A DNA stretch of 64,000 nucleotides from a bacterium. Its GTDB lineage: Bacteria; UBA8248; JACPRG01; G963555815. The stretch covers positions 64,001 through 128,000 of the forward strand of contig CBDHDG010000006.1 of assembly GCA_965261595.1 (NCBI GenBank), read 5' to 3'. Below are positions 29,757 through 40,247 of this stretch, piece by piece; the stretch's first letter is position 1; the number at the start of each line of letters is the position of its first letter. The position numbers and the translations under genes were made by a program. The notes below the pieces were generated by a model that made no database searches, was not told the origin of the DNA, and worked only from the letters and a program-made list of their open reading frames with translations.

Positions 29757-31453
29757 CCCGCATTTCCCATATGGATGATAATTTTTAACGCCCCGAAGGC
29801 CGTTTTCTCGTGTAAAATCAAGGTGTTGGCCTCTCCCTGCCATCATCTTGCGAGGGGACCCGATGGGTGAAGCGAAAAAGAGGCCGTTGAGGCTCCAATT
29901 CGACGGTCGGCTCAGGCTGGAGTTTCACGGAGCAAAGGTTACGAGTGACGCCGGTTTGCTTGCCTATCGTGAACTGGATGAGGTGTTGGGGCTGACGAAG
30001 GCGGCCGAGGGGTTTCTGTCCGATTCACGGACGGGCGGGAACACCCGGCACAGCCTCACCGCTTTGGTGCGCCAGTCGGTCTACAGCCGCCTGGCAGGAT
30101 ATAAAGACACCAATGATGCCGAGCGGCTCTGTGTCGATCCCGCCATGCGTCAGGTGGTTGGGGGGCGAGCGAAGTATCACACCGCTGCCTCCACCAGCCA
30201 GATGAGCCGATTCGAGACGCAGACCCTCACCCGGCCCCTTAACCCCTCAAGGCGCTGAGCGGTCTGCCCGGTGTGTTGGTGGATCGTGTCCGCAAACGCA
30301 AGCCGATTCGCAAGCTGATCCTGGACATGGACAGTTCGGTCAGCCCGACCCACGGTGAGCAGGAAGGCTCTTCCTACAACGGCCACTTCGGCTGCACCTG
30401 CTATCACCCACTGTTTTGCTTCAACCAGTTTGGCGATCTGGAGCGGGCGCTGTTGCGCAACGGCAAGGTCCACAGCGCTGATGACTGGTGGTCTGTATTG
30501 GAGCCGGTGGTAGCTCGCTACCGGGATGCGAAGGTCTGTCGGTTTTTTCGAGGCGACGCGGCATTTGCCAAGCCGGAGGTGTACCGATACCTTGAGGCGG
30601 AGGGCTACTCCTATGCGATTCGGCTTCCGGCCAACGCCATCTTGTACAGGGACATCGAATGCCTTCTGACCCGGCCGGTTGGCCGACCGCCCAAAAGGCC
30701 CATTATCTTCTACCACAGCGTCTCCCCTATCAGGCGGCTAGTTGGGAGAAGCCTCGCCGGGTGGTGGTGGCGGTCGAGTGGCACCAGGGCGAGTTGTTTC
30801 CAAGAGTCAGCTTCATCGTGACCAACCTGCACTGGCGGGAAGAGAACGTCGTGAGGTTCTACAACCAGCGTGGGACGGCGGAGCAGTGGATCAAGGAGGG
30901 CAAGTACGCCCTGAACTGGACGCGCCTGTCCTGCCACGGCTTTGAAGAGAACCAGGTTCGCTTGCAACTATTTGCCTTGGCGTACAACCTGGCAAACTTC
31001 CTGCGGCGGCTGGCGTTGCCCAGAGCGGTGAAGCACTGGTCGCTGACGACGTTACGCGAGAAGCTGATTAAGATTGGGGCCAAGGTGGTCACCCACGCCC
31101 GGCACACCACCTTCCAGATGGCCGAGGTGGCCGTGCCGCGTCAACTGTTCAGGGCAATCCTTGAACGAATTCGACGGTTGTGGTTACCGCCTCCCGTACC
31201 AGATACCGGATGACGGAGCAGATGGCCCGGAAGCTTAGTGACGTGGTGGAGACGGGGGATCAGTCTGTGCCGAACTCCCCTGAGTGTGCCGGTAGAGCTG
31301 GGTTTTCAAGGGATTGCGGCTTTAGGACGGCCGTTGCCCCTCGATTGAGCAGAGGGTTCTGCAAAGAGACCCTGAATCTGTAGTAAAATGGGGTACTTTG
31401 ATGACACAGGAGGACCACAGGATGGCTAAGAGTGGTCATCTGGGAAATCCCGG
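29757..31453 (+). mobile_element. IS1380-family element (~1.7 kb); transposase 29863-31213 with two frameshifts
   Basis: [55 protein letters not shown] across three frames. IRL CCCGCATTTCCCATATG; IRR reverse complement CCGGGATTTCCCAGATG. Confidence 0.92.
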
Positions 31454-32062
31454 TTTAAATCAAGACAACTCTTGTATTGACCACCCGTTGCTCTTTAACT
31501 CAATTAGAGCCCTCTTTACCGGGGCTGTCAACACCATTTCGGGCGCCTGAAACCCTGATCGGAGCGGTATCCGCCATTGGAAAACCATGTCAGCGCCGGC
31601 GTGTAAACGGGCTTGACCACCAGGTTTGGAGTCTTCGTCATTTTGCCCTTGTGTGGACTCCGCTTAGGGTCGCTAGACAGGCACCGGGCATCATCGCTTG
31701 ATTCTCTCCAAGATAAGGGCAAATGTCTTCCTGGATACACCGACCTCGGCCAACTGGAAGGTGATGTGGCGGGCGTACCGCACGAGCCGGCCGCCCATTT
31801 TGAGGAGCTTAAGCTGAAGGCCGCGTAACGACCAGTGCTTGATCCCTCTCGGCAGGCCAGCAATCCCGCATCCGAAGTCATTCTGGTTCCGTGAAACTCA
31901 AGCCTCAGCCGACGCTCAAAACGGACCTTCAACGCCCACTTTTTCGCTTCACCCATTGGATTACCCCGCGAGAGGATGGCTCGGGGAGGCTCATGCATTG
32001 ATTTTACTCCAGAAAATGTCCTCCGGTCCGACAAAAGTTATGATCCATATGGGATATCTGGG
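31454..32062 (-). mobile_element. Internally deleted IS1380-family derivative in inverted orientation
   Basis: Left end homologous to that of the first copy, with the same 106-bp IRL-to-ATG distance. MGEAKK...[11 protein letters not shown] is joined directly to KHWSL...FQLAEV...ERIKR. Confidence 0.85.
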
Positions 32063-33188
32063 GTAATTCACGATGCCGTTCAGCTTCGAGCCGAGCTTGC
32101 TGAGAAAGACGGCGTACTGAAGACCCACCATCCCGCCTCCGAAGAGCTTCGGCTTCAGGCCGACTTCATGCGCCGCCCGGGTGATGCCGACCAACCCCGG
32201 AGGGTAGGATCCCACGTACAGGAGGTCGGGATTGGTCGCCTTGATGGCCCGGACGATCGGCGTGAAGTCCGCCGTGCCCGGGGGATACCGCTTGTCGTAG
32301 ACAATCTTGAAGCCGTACTTCTTGGCGTTGTCCCGGGCGCCGGAGACCGCGTTCCGGGCGAACTCGGCGTCCGCGCCGATGAGGGCGATGGTCTTCGGCC
32401 TCGGCGTCTGCTGCAACGCGATCTGGAAGAAGCCGTTGGACCAGTCCGTCCTGGGGTGCAGGCCCGCCGGCATGATCTGGAAGTAGTGACGGTAGTTGAA
32501 CTTCTCGTTGACCGCGAGGCCGAACAACCCCATGAACACCAGCCCGCGCTCCATCACGATGGGCATGGCGGGGGCGATGAGGTTCGTCCCGTACCCGGAG
32601 ACGACGAAGTCCACTTTGTCCACGTCCAGGAGCTTGGAGTAGATGCCCGGAACGGTGGCCGACTTGGTCTGGTCGTCGTAGTAGACCAGCTCCACCTTGC
32701 GGCCGAGCAGCCCGCCCTTCCGGTTCACGTCGTCCCGCCAGATTTTCATGGCGAGGACCGCGGCCTTCCCGTTGGCGGCCAGCCCTCCGGTGAGCGCCAT
32801 GCCGAAACCGATCTTGATGGGCTTCTGGGCCAGGGCAGCGGACCCCAGCGGCCCGGCGAACATCACCACGGCCGCGAGGAACACCCCGATGTATGACATG
32901 CGATGGAAAAATCGATCTTTCATTTTCCTCACCCTCCCTGAAAGCAAGAACCTGACTTCTTGACTGCGGGAAGATCCACCGTGCGCCGCCCGGACCGCCC
33001 ACGCCGAAGAAACTTCAATCGGTCCCGCGTTCTCCCCGCCATTGCGCCAAGCGGACCGTTCTCGGGCGGCCGCCGCAAATCGGGTGCTTGTGTTTTTCAA
33101 GGTAACAATACCGTAGCGTAGCAAAAATACAGGAGGTTGTGCAGCAACCCAACACAATTTTTATTCCCGGCAAAGGACGCCTGAAGTT

Positions 33189-35474
33189 TCATGCCCCTTC
33201 TCCAGACCGGGCATGGATCCCCCGCCACAGCTTGTCCGGCGTGACGGGCAGGTCCGTCATCCACACCCCCGCGGCATCGTGAATGGCCGAGACGATGGCC
33301 GGGCCTCCATCGACGGTGACCATCTCCCCGATCCCCTTCACCCCCCAGGGGCCCAGCGGGTCGCCCGCCTCGATGAAAATCCCCTCCACAGGGACGAAAT
33401 CCAGGGTGGTCGGCACCTTGTACTCGATGAGGTTGGGGTTGATCACCTGACCCTCTTGGCAGGCGATCTCCTCCATGAGGGTGAAACCCTGGGCCTGGGC
33501 GAATCCTCCCTCCACCTGCGCCTGCGCCCCGTTCGGGCTGACCACCCGCCCGATGTCCGAGGCGGAGACCACCCGCAGGATGCGGACCTCTCCCGTCTCG
33601 GGATCCACCTCCACCTCGACGGCCTTGGCCCCGAAGGCGAACGCACTCGAGAAATTCCCCCGCCCCGTCTTCTTGTCGGCCAGCTCGCTGGGCGCGTCGT
33701 AATGAGCCTGAGCCCACATGGCCTGGCCGTCCTTGCGGTAGCGGTTGGCCTTGACCACGTCGGAGAGCGACAAAGCCCGCTCGGGGGCTCCCCGCACGAA
33801 GACCTTTTCCCCGGAAACCTCCAGGTCGGACGGATCGGCCTCCAGCCGCCCGGCGGCCGTCTCGATCACCTGATCGCGCACCTTCGCGGCCGCCCGCCGG
33901 ACGGCCTCTCCTCCGATCGCCGTGTTCCGGCTGGCCCGCGCCCCCCACCCCATCGGGATGACGTCGGTGTCTCCGAAGACGACCATGATCTTCTCCATCG
34001 GGACGCCCAGGACCTCGGCGGCCATCTGGGCCAGGACTGTGTTGGAGCCGTTTCCGATCTCGCACACGGACGTGGCCAGATGGATGGAGCCGTCGTCGTT
34101 CAAGGTGATGGCCGCCCCGGCGAAGTCGGCGTCAATGCCCGGGGAGAGCCGGACGCCGACGAAGTGGACGCCGCACGCCACCCCGACGCCCCGGTTCGGC
34201 CGGCTCTTCTTATAATTCTCGTCCCAGCCGATCCGCCGGGCCACCTCGGAGATGCACTCCGAGAGGGCGCACGACCCGAAACGCGCCCCGGAGGCGGCCT
34301 CATCGCCCACGCGGACGGCGTTCTTCAGGCGCAGCTCGACCGGGTTCATCCCCAGGCGGTCGGCGATCATGTTGAGCTGCGTCTCGCAGGCGAAGGTGAT
34401 CTGCGGGTTGCCCAGTCCCCGCATGGCCCCCCCGAAGGGGTTGTTGGTGTAGACCACATAGCCGTCGTACCGGTAATTGGGGAACCGGTAGAGGGTCCCT
34501 CCCAGGGCGCCGGCCACATTGCACACCACCGGGCCGTAGTCGCAATAGCCGCCGTTGTCCATGACCACGCGGCAATCCCGGGCGGTGATGACGCCTTCGG
34601 CGTCCAGGGCGGTCTTGACGTGGACGATGAAGGGGTGCCGGAAGGTGGAATAGGCGGTCTCCTCCTCGCGGGTGTGCTCGATCTTCACCGGCCGGCCGGA
34701 CTTTTTCGCCAGCTCGATGGCGCAGAAATCGATGCAGAACTTGCCCGTCGCCTTGCTGCCGAATCCCCCGCCGACGTTGTTCGTGACAATGCGGATCTGG
34801 CTCTCGGGCACCTTGAGGATCTTGGCCATGTTCGTCCGGGAGTAAGAGGGGGCCTGGGTGGAATAGTAGAAGGTCAGCCGCCCGGTCGGCTCCACGTGGG
34901 CCACGCAGACATGGGGCTCCATGCACAGGTGGGCCTGCCGCGCGGTCTCGAAATCGTCCTCGAACACGTGGGCGGCCCGGCGGAACGCCCCGTCCACGTC
35001 GCCGGCGTCGTATTGGATGTGCGCCGCGATGTTGCCCTCTTTGTCGTCGTGAATCAGGGTCCGGCCCGGCTCCATCGCCTCTTCGGGATGGAAGACGGCG
35101 GGCAATTCCTCGTAGTCCACCTCTATCCGCGACAAGGCCTCATCGGCCGCGTCGAGGTCCGCCGCAGCCACGGCGGCCACCGGGTCCCCGATGTGGCGGA
35201 CCTTCTCGGCGGCAAGGGGGATCTGGTCATAATGGGACACGCCGAATTTGTAAGGGACCTCGGCGCCGATCAGGACGGCCTTGACGCCCCTGACCTTTTC
35301 GGCCTCGTCGGTCCGGATGCCTCGGATCCGGGCGTGCGGGAGAGCGCTCCGAAGCAGACGCCCGTGGAGCATCCCCGGGAGGTTGACGTCCGCCGTGTAG
35401 CGGGCCTCGCCGATCGCCTTGACGTGGGCGTCCACGCGGACGACGTTCTTCCCGACATACGCCAGTTCACTCAT
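33189..35474 (-). CDS. Xanthine dehydrogenase family molybdopterin-binding (large) subunit
   Basis: RSALPHARI, VGGGFGSK, AMRGLGNPQ, QVEGG, KGIGE. Confidence 0.92.
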   Translation of the reverse strand: MSELAYVGKNVVRVDAHVKAIGEARYTADVNLPGMLHGRLLRSALPHARIRGIRTDEAEKVRGVKAVLIGAEVPYKFGVSHYDQIPLAAEKVRHIGDPVAAVAAADLDAADEALSRIEVDYEELPAVFHPEEAMEPGRTLIHDDKEGNIAAHIQYDAGDVDGAFRRAAHVFEDDFETARQAHLCMEPHVCVAHVEPTGRLTFYYSTQAPSYSRTNMAKILKVPESQIRIVTNNVGGGFGSKATGKFCIDFCAIELAKKSGRPVKIEHTREEETAYSTFRHPFIVHVKTALDAEGVITARDCRVVMDNGGYCDYGPVVCNVAGALGGTLYRFPNYRYDGYVVYTNNPFGGAMRGLGNPQITFACETQLNMIADRLGMNPVELRLKNAVRVGDEAASGARFGSCALSECISEVARRIGWDENYKKSRPNRGVGVACGVHFVGVRLSPGIDADFAGAAITLNDDGSIHLATSVCEIGNGSNTVLAQMAAEVLGVPMEKIMVVFGDTDVIPMGWGARASRNTAIGGEAVRRAAAKVRDQVIETAAGRLEADPSDLEVSGEKVFVRGAPERALSLSDVVKANRYRKDGQAMWAQAHYDAPSELADKKTGRGNFSSAFAFGAKAVEVEVDPETGEVRILRVVSASDIGRVVSPNGAQAQVEGGFAQAQGFTLMEEIACQEGQVINPNLIEYKVPTTLDFVPVEGIFIEAGDPLGPWGVKGIGEMVTVDGGPAIVSAIHDAAGVWMTDLPVTPDKLWRGIHARSGEGA

Positions 35475-35675
35475 GGTCGCGGCCTCCAGGCGGACAGAAT
35501 CCGGGCCTTGGCCTGAACGGCGACCGAGGTCTCGCCGGAAGCGCCTCGATGTCCGTCCTTCAGCCGGCAGCCGAATGGGGTTTCTGTGTTATGTAACTGG
35601 GTACAACATCTCATAGACGGCCGGAAATGCCAAGTTCGGGCGAATCACAGGGGGAGGGGGGGGAGAGAGGGAGAA

Positions 35676-36080
35676 ATGGAAGAGATTCAAGTGAATTCAC
35701 AGAGCCGAAACGAGATGATCGACATCACGGACCGGCTTCGCGCCATCGTCCGGCAAAGGGGCGTCCGGGAAGGCGCCGCCTTCCTCCAGAGCCTGCACAC
35801 GACGGCCGGGCTGACAATCAACGAGAACGCCGACCCCGACGTCCCCCGCGATCTCCTGGCCAAGCTCGCGGACCTGATTCCCCGGCGGGAGACGTTCTAC
35901 CGCCACGGCGAGGGGAACAGCGACAGCCACTGGAAGACCGCGGCTTTCGGGCCGTCCCTGACGGTCCTGATCCACGAGGGCGACCTCGTCCTCGGGACCT
36001 GGCAGGGGGTCTTCTTCTGCGAGTTCGACGGGCCGCGCCCCAACCGCCGCGTCGCCGTCCAGATCCTCGGGGCCGGGTAA
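35676..36080 (+). CDS. yjbQ: UPF0047 protein YjbQ
   Basis: HTTAGLTINENADPDV, HGEGNSDSH, LGTWQGVFFCEFDGPR. Confidence 0.92.
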   Translation: MEEIQVNSQSRNEMIDITDRLRAIVRQRGVREGAAFLQSLHTTAGLTINENADPDVPRDLLAKLADLIPRRETFYRHGEGNSDSHWKTAAFGPSLTVLIHEGDLVLGTWQGVFFCEFDGPRPNRRVAVQILGAG

Positions 36081-36285
36081 TCCGTTGTATGTTTCGATGA
36101 GGGCAATCATCTATATTGTTTCCAAAAGAGGCCCGTCTCCGGTAAAATTCACCTCAAGCAATTCGGATTCCGGAGGGAAAGGGAAATGGACCCCCGATGG
36201 GATTCGGGAATTTCGATTTTGGGTCTGTGTTGCTAATGGATATCGGCCTGGGAATCGGGGGTTTGGGGCGAAGGAGGAATAGACG

Positions 36286-37152
36286 ATGACCATCAAGATT
36301 CGGTTCACGAACGAGGGAACGGTCTTCACGCTTCCGTGGGACGTGGCCGCGCAAAACGGCTACTTCAAGGAAGAGGGCATCGAAGCCGAGGTCTGGGACC
36401 CCGACCCTGCCCTCGTGCCGGCCCCGGTCTTCGAGCGACCCGTGGCGGTGGACTACGAACAAGGCGGGCTGGAGGCCTACAACAAGTGCGAGTGGGGGGT
36501 CATCAAGCGCGCGGCCGACGGCGAACGAAGCGGATTGATCCTCGCGAAGCGCGAAAGCGTGGCCACCATGGCCATCTGCGTCCGGGGGAATTCTCCTTAT
36601 CAACGACTGGACGACCTGGCGGGTCTCCCCGTCGCCATTCAGGACCAGACGGGCTCCCACTACACCGCCCTGAAGATGCTCGAAGGGCACGTTCCCGACG
36701 AGGAGGCCGTCGTCCAACACATCGGCGGGCCGGTCCTCCGCACGCGCGCCCTGCTGGCCGGCGAGATTCCGGCGGCGAACCTGATGGAGCCCTTCATCAG
36801 CCTGGCCGAAAGCCGGGGCTGCCGGGTGATCGCCGAGACGAAGTATTGGGGTCTTCTTTACGCGACGGAGGACTACGACGACGACGCCCGCGAGGCCATC
36901 TTCCGGGCGCTGCGCCGGGCGGTGGACGAGATCCGGGGGGACCTCAAGAAGCACGCGGCGCTGCTCCTGCGGGACATCCCCGAGGACCTCAAGGACGGTT
37001 TCACGGTGGATGCCCTCGACCTGAGAAGGCTGACGTACGTCTATCCGGAGCCTTATACGGAGAAGGAGTTCAACTGGGCGTCGGATTACATGAAAAAGCG
37101 GGGCCTGAAACCCGACCGGAAGGTCGAGTACACCGACGTGGTGAAGGTGTAA
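36286..37152 (+). CDS. SsuA/NMT1-like substrate-binding-fold protein
   Basis: VAAQNGYFKEEGIEAE, LDDLAG, LMEPF; AAGGAGG RBS; no obvious signal peptide. Confidence 0.75.
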   Translation: MTIKIRFTNEGTVFTLPWDVAAQNGYFKEEGIEAEVWDPDPALVPAPVFERPVAVDYEQGGLEAYNKCEWGVIKRAADGERSGLILAKRESVATMAICVRGNSPYQRLDDLAGLPVAIQDQTGSHYTALKMLEGHVPDEEAVVQHIGGPVLRTRALLAGEIPAANLMEPFISLAESRGCRVIAETKYWGLLYATEDYDDDAREAIFRALRRAVDEIRGDLKKHAALLLRDIPEDLKDGFTVDALDLRRLTYVYPEPYTEKEFNWASDYMKKRGLKPDRKVEYTDVVKV

Positions 37153-37174
37153 CCCCTTTCCCGCAAGCCTTCAG

Positions 37175-37207
37175 CGCCCTCTCCCCGCGCGGGAGGGGGC
37201 GTTTTTT
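37175..37207 (+). terminator. Intrinsic terminator
   Basis: CGCCCTCTCCC / GGGAGGGGGCG followed by T6. Confidence 0.7.
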
Positions 37208-37248
37208 ATTCAAGCGCGCCCTCTTCCTGGTAGCCAGTCCGGCTCTTC

Positions 37249-38274
37249 TCAGCCCACACAGACGCGAGAGAGCTCCTGCATGTTCTCCAGGATCTCGCCC
37301 GTTCCCCGGACGACGGCGGTGAGGGGGTCCTTCGCCCGGTAGATGGGGAGTTTCGTCTCTTCGTGGAGGCGGCTTCCCAGCCCCTTCAGAAGCGAGCCGC
37401 CGCCCGCGAGGACGACGCCCCGCTTCATGATTTCGGCGGCCTGCTCGGGGCTTGTGCGCTCCAGGGCGCGGCGGACGGAATCCACAATGGCCCGGACCGG
37501 CCCGGTCAGGGCCTCCCGGACGTTCCGGTCGTCCACGCTCACCGATTTCGGGATGCCGTCCATCAGGTCCCGTCCGCGAACGACCGTTTCCAGCCGGGAG
37601 CTGAGGATGGACGCCGAGCCGATCTCGATCTTCGCCCGCTCGGCCTCGAAGGGGCCGATGGCCATGTTGAACTCTTTGCGGATCAACCTCTGGACGGCCT
37701 CGTCCATTTCGTCGCCCGCGACCCGGATGGACTCGCTGTACACGGTGGCGTACCGGCTGATGACCGCCACCTCGGTCGTGCCGCCGCCGATGTCCACGAT
37801 CATGTTGCTGCCGACTTCATGGATGGGGAGCTTGGCGCCGATGGCGGCGGCCATGGGCTCCTCCACCAGGTGAACCTTCACGGACCCCGCGTCCAACGCG
37901 GATTCCCGGACGGCGCGCTTTTCCACCTGGGTGATGCCCGAGGGGATGCAGACGATCATCTTGGGGCGGAAGGTGCGGCGGTTTTTGTACACCCGGCGGA
38001 TGAAATACTTGATCATGGCCTTGGTCACATCGTAATCGGCGATGACCCCGTCCTTCATAGGGCGGACGATGGCGATGCTCTCGGGGGTCTTGCCCCACAT
38101 CTCCTTGGCCTTGTGGCCGACCGCCAGGATCTTGCCGGTGGCCTGCTCCAGGGCGACCACCGACGGCTCGTCCAGAAGGATCCCGCGTCCCCGGACATAG
38201 ATCAGGCTGTTGGCGGTTCCCAGGTCCATGGCGATACCGGTGGGAAACCAGCGCGAAAAAAAGGGTATATGCAT
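37249..38274 (-). CDS. mreB: Rod shape-determining protein MreB (actin-like)
   Basis: MDLGTAN, EPSVVA, RPMKDGVIADY, EEPMAAAIGA, DIGGGTTEVAVIS, LAGGGSLL. Confidence 0.93.
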   Translation of the reverse strand: MHIPFFSRWFPTGIAMDLGTANSLIYVRGRGILLDEPSVVALEQATGKILAVGHKAKEMWGKTPESIAIVRPMKDGVIADYDVTKAMIKYFIRRVYKNRRTFRPKMIVCIPSGITQVEKRAVRESALDAGSVKVHLVEEPMAAAIGAKLPIHEVGSNMIVDIGGGTTEVAVISRYATVYSESIRVAGDEMDEAVQRLIRKEFNMAIGPFEAERAKIEIGSASILSSRLETVVRGRDLMDGIPKSVSVDDRNVREALTGPVRAIVDSVRRALERTSPEQAAEIMKRGVVLAGGGSLLKGLGSRLHEETKLPIYRAKDPLTAVVRGTGEILENMQELSRVCVG

Positions 38275-38277
38275 CTG

Positions 38278-39759
38278 TCAGCCTTTGACCTCCGCAATGG
38301 AACAGATGGTTTCTCGTCCCCGGGACTTGGCCCACTCGAGGGCCCGGAGCCCCTGGGCGATGAGTCTTCCCTCGGCGTCCCCGTCCTGGGGAAACACAGC
38401 CAGCCCAAAGTGCACCGAGAGCCGGAACTCGATGGATCCGGCCCGGAGATAGGAGTTTTCCAGCGTGTCCTGAAGCCGTCCGGCCGTCTCTCGGGCCGCA
38501 TCGAGATCTTTGCCGACCAGGGCCATCACAAACCGGCGACCGAGACACCGCGCCAGCAGGTCCGGCTCATCCAGAGACCGGCGGTAGAAATCAGCCAGCT
38601 CGCGCAGGAGTGAGTCGCCCGCCTCGCGGCCCCGGTCCGCGTAGACTTCCTGAACCTCCTCGGAGTCGGCGATCAGGATGGACACCGGGCGCAGGGTGTC
38701 CGACGCCAGGGCGAGGGCGTCGGTGAGACGGGCGGTGAAGGCCGGATAGGCCGGCAACCCGGTCACATCGTCCAAGGCCCCCAGACCCTCCCGGCGCGCC
38801 CGCATCCGGGCGGCGGCCAGCGCCCCCGAGGCCAGGCCTTGGAGCAGCTCCGCCGCGGCCAGCTCGCGTTCGTCAAAACCTCCGGCCTCGGCCCGCGCGA
38901 ACGCCAGCAGGCCGAAGACCTCCCTCCCCCCCCCTCCCTCCCCCCCCCCCGTGCTGAGCGGAACACCGAGAAAGGCGCCCAACGGCCGGCGGGCCTCGGC
39001 GGGGTGGAACAGGTGGGTCTCCCGCAGCTCGTCCTTGATGGTCGGGAGATGAAACGTCTCTCCGTGCGTCAGCACCCAGCCCGCGAGACTGCTCTCCATG
39101 GACACCGACAGGCCGATGGGCGTGTCGGCGCCGTGCGTCACGCACCGGACGACGCGAAACGCCTTCTCCCCCGGCGCGCGCCAGACGAGCGCCGCCGTCT
39201 CGCACTTCAGCAACCGTTTCGGGATGTTGCAGGCCGCGTCGAGGACCGCGTCGGCGTCGCCGGCGGCCGTGATGGGCGCCGCGTAATCGCGAAGGGCTTC
39301 CAGGGTGACGAAGTCCCGGCCGATCCGCCGGTAGACGTCGCTCTTTTCGAGCATCCGCGTCACCTGATCGGCGAAACCGATGAGGAGTTTTTGGACCTTG
39401 GGGGTGAAGACATACTGCCGCTTGCTGTCGATGAAGAGGACGCCGGTCCCGCCGGGCGTGGCCACCGGGACGGCCAGGAAGGATTTGATGTCCTCCTCGG
39501 CGCGGTACAGCCCGAGGGCCTTGAGGTCATGTTTGAACTCGGTGGAGTGGAGCGGATCGCCGCGCTCGGCCACCCAGCCGATGAGGCCCTGGCCGACCTC
39601 GATCTCCCGGTCCTTCAGGACATGGTCGCTCAGGCTGTGGCAGACGCGAAGCCGCAAAGGCCCGTCCGACTCCCGGGGAACGAACAGGGCGGCCGTATAG
39701 GCGTCGGTGACGTTGCTCAACAGACCGATCAGGCTCTGGAGATCTTCTTCGAGTTTCAT
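38278..39759 (-). CDS. GAF-GAF-degenerate GGDEF protein
   Basis: GQGLIGWVA / IKSFLAVPV GAF, a second GAF (SLAGWVL, FLGVPL), then DDVTGLP and SVHFGLA; the A-site reads CLGRRF. Start uncertain. Confidence 0.75.
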   Translation of the reverse strand: MKLEEDLQSLIGLLSNVTDAYTAALFVPRESDGPLRLRVCHSLSDHVLKDREIEVGQGLIGWVAERGDPLHSTEFKHDLKALGLYRAEEDIKSFLAVPVATPGGTGVLFIDSKRQYVFTPKVQKLLIGFADQVTRMLEKSDVYRRIGRDFVTLEALRDYAAPITAAGDADAVLDAACNIPKRLLKCETAALVWRAPGEKAFRVVRCVTHGADTPIGLSVSMESSLAGWVLTHGETFHLPTIKDELRETHLFHPAEARRPLGAFLGVPLSTGGGEGGGGREVFGLLAFARAEAGGFDERELAAAELLQGLASGALAAARMRARREGLGALDDVTGLPAYPAFTARLTDALALASDTLRPVSILIADSEEVQEVYADRGREAGDSLLRELADFYRRSLDEPDLLARCLGRRFVMALVGKDLDAARETAGRLQDTLENSYLRAGSIEFRLSVHFGLAVFPQDGDAEGRLIAQGLRALEWAKSRGRETICSIAEVKG

Positions 39760-40013
39760 CGAGGCAGGGGAAAAAAGCCGTCGGGAAAAATCATCACCCC
39801 CTGACGGTACCACACCCGGGGGGGCGTCCGCAACGTGATTTTCCGGATGTGAAATCCCGGTCTTCATGATCCGGATCAGGGTTCTCACCGATTGCTGGGC
39901 AGTCGCCTGGATTTCTCACCAACCATCCGACGGGCCGGGTTCGTTTAACGCCAAGGCGATCCGCAGATTGGAAAAGGCCAAAGAGAAAGACACACTTCAA
40001 TCGATCCGCAGAC

Positions 40014-40040
40014 GCCGTCCCCGCGCAGGCGGGGATTCCG
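40014..40040. repeat. REP-like palindrome
   Basis: TCCCCGCGCAGGCGGGGA, a variant of the 48997-49023 element in opposite orientation. Confidence 0.55.
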
Positions 40041-40247
40041 CAGATTACCCAGATTTGGAAAAGGGCAAAGACAGAGACACAAGACGGGCATTCGGCCATA
40101 AAAGTCGGGGTTCTGGTTTGACTGTTTGTGAGAAACAGGGATTGGCATTTGGCCTCACCGGGCTTTTAAGGCAAAATTCCCAGGAAGGGGGAGGCATTTA
40201 CACGGATAGTTTCGACCGTGACGCACGCCCCCGGGAGAGGGTTCACG

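Larger units (their letters stand above)
29344..32923 (-). pseudogene. livK: Liv-type substrate-binding protein interrupted by an IS unit (N-part 32063-32923, C-part 29344-29756)
   Basis: Removing 29757-32062 and one GTAAT copy restores ...KLNGIVNY-DFWVPERTLKF... Confidence 0.9.

Noticed and set aside
33189..35474. Naming it hcrA, coxL or xdhA
   Set aside because: It lacks the CoxL AYxCSFR loop, no partner subunits are adjacent, and the subfamily cannot be resolved by eye.
33213..35516. Long antisense ORFs (also 58223-60721, 7444-9075, 28066-29778, 3866-5350)
   Set aside because: Shadow frames of GC-rich genes on the opposite strand with no recognisable motifs.
35586..35610. GntR-like operator (TGTTATGTAAC...TACAACA) and a similar site near 33136
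   Set aside because: Short imperfect palindromes with no regulator gene in the window; not supportable.
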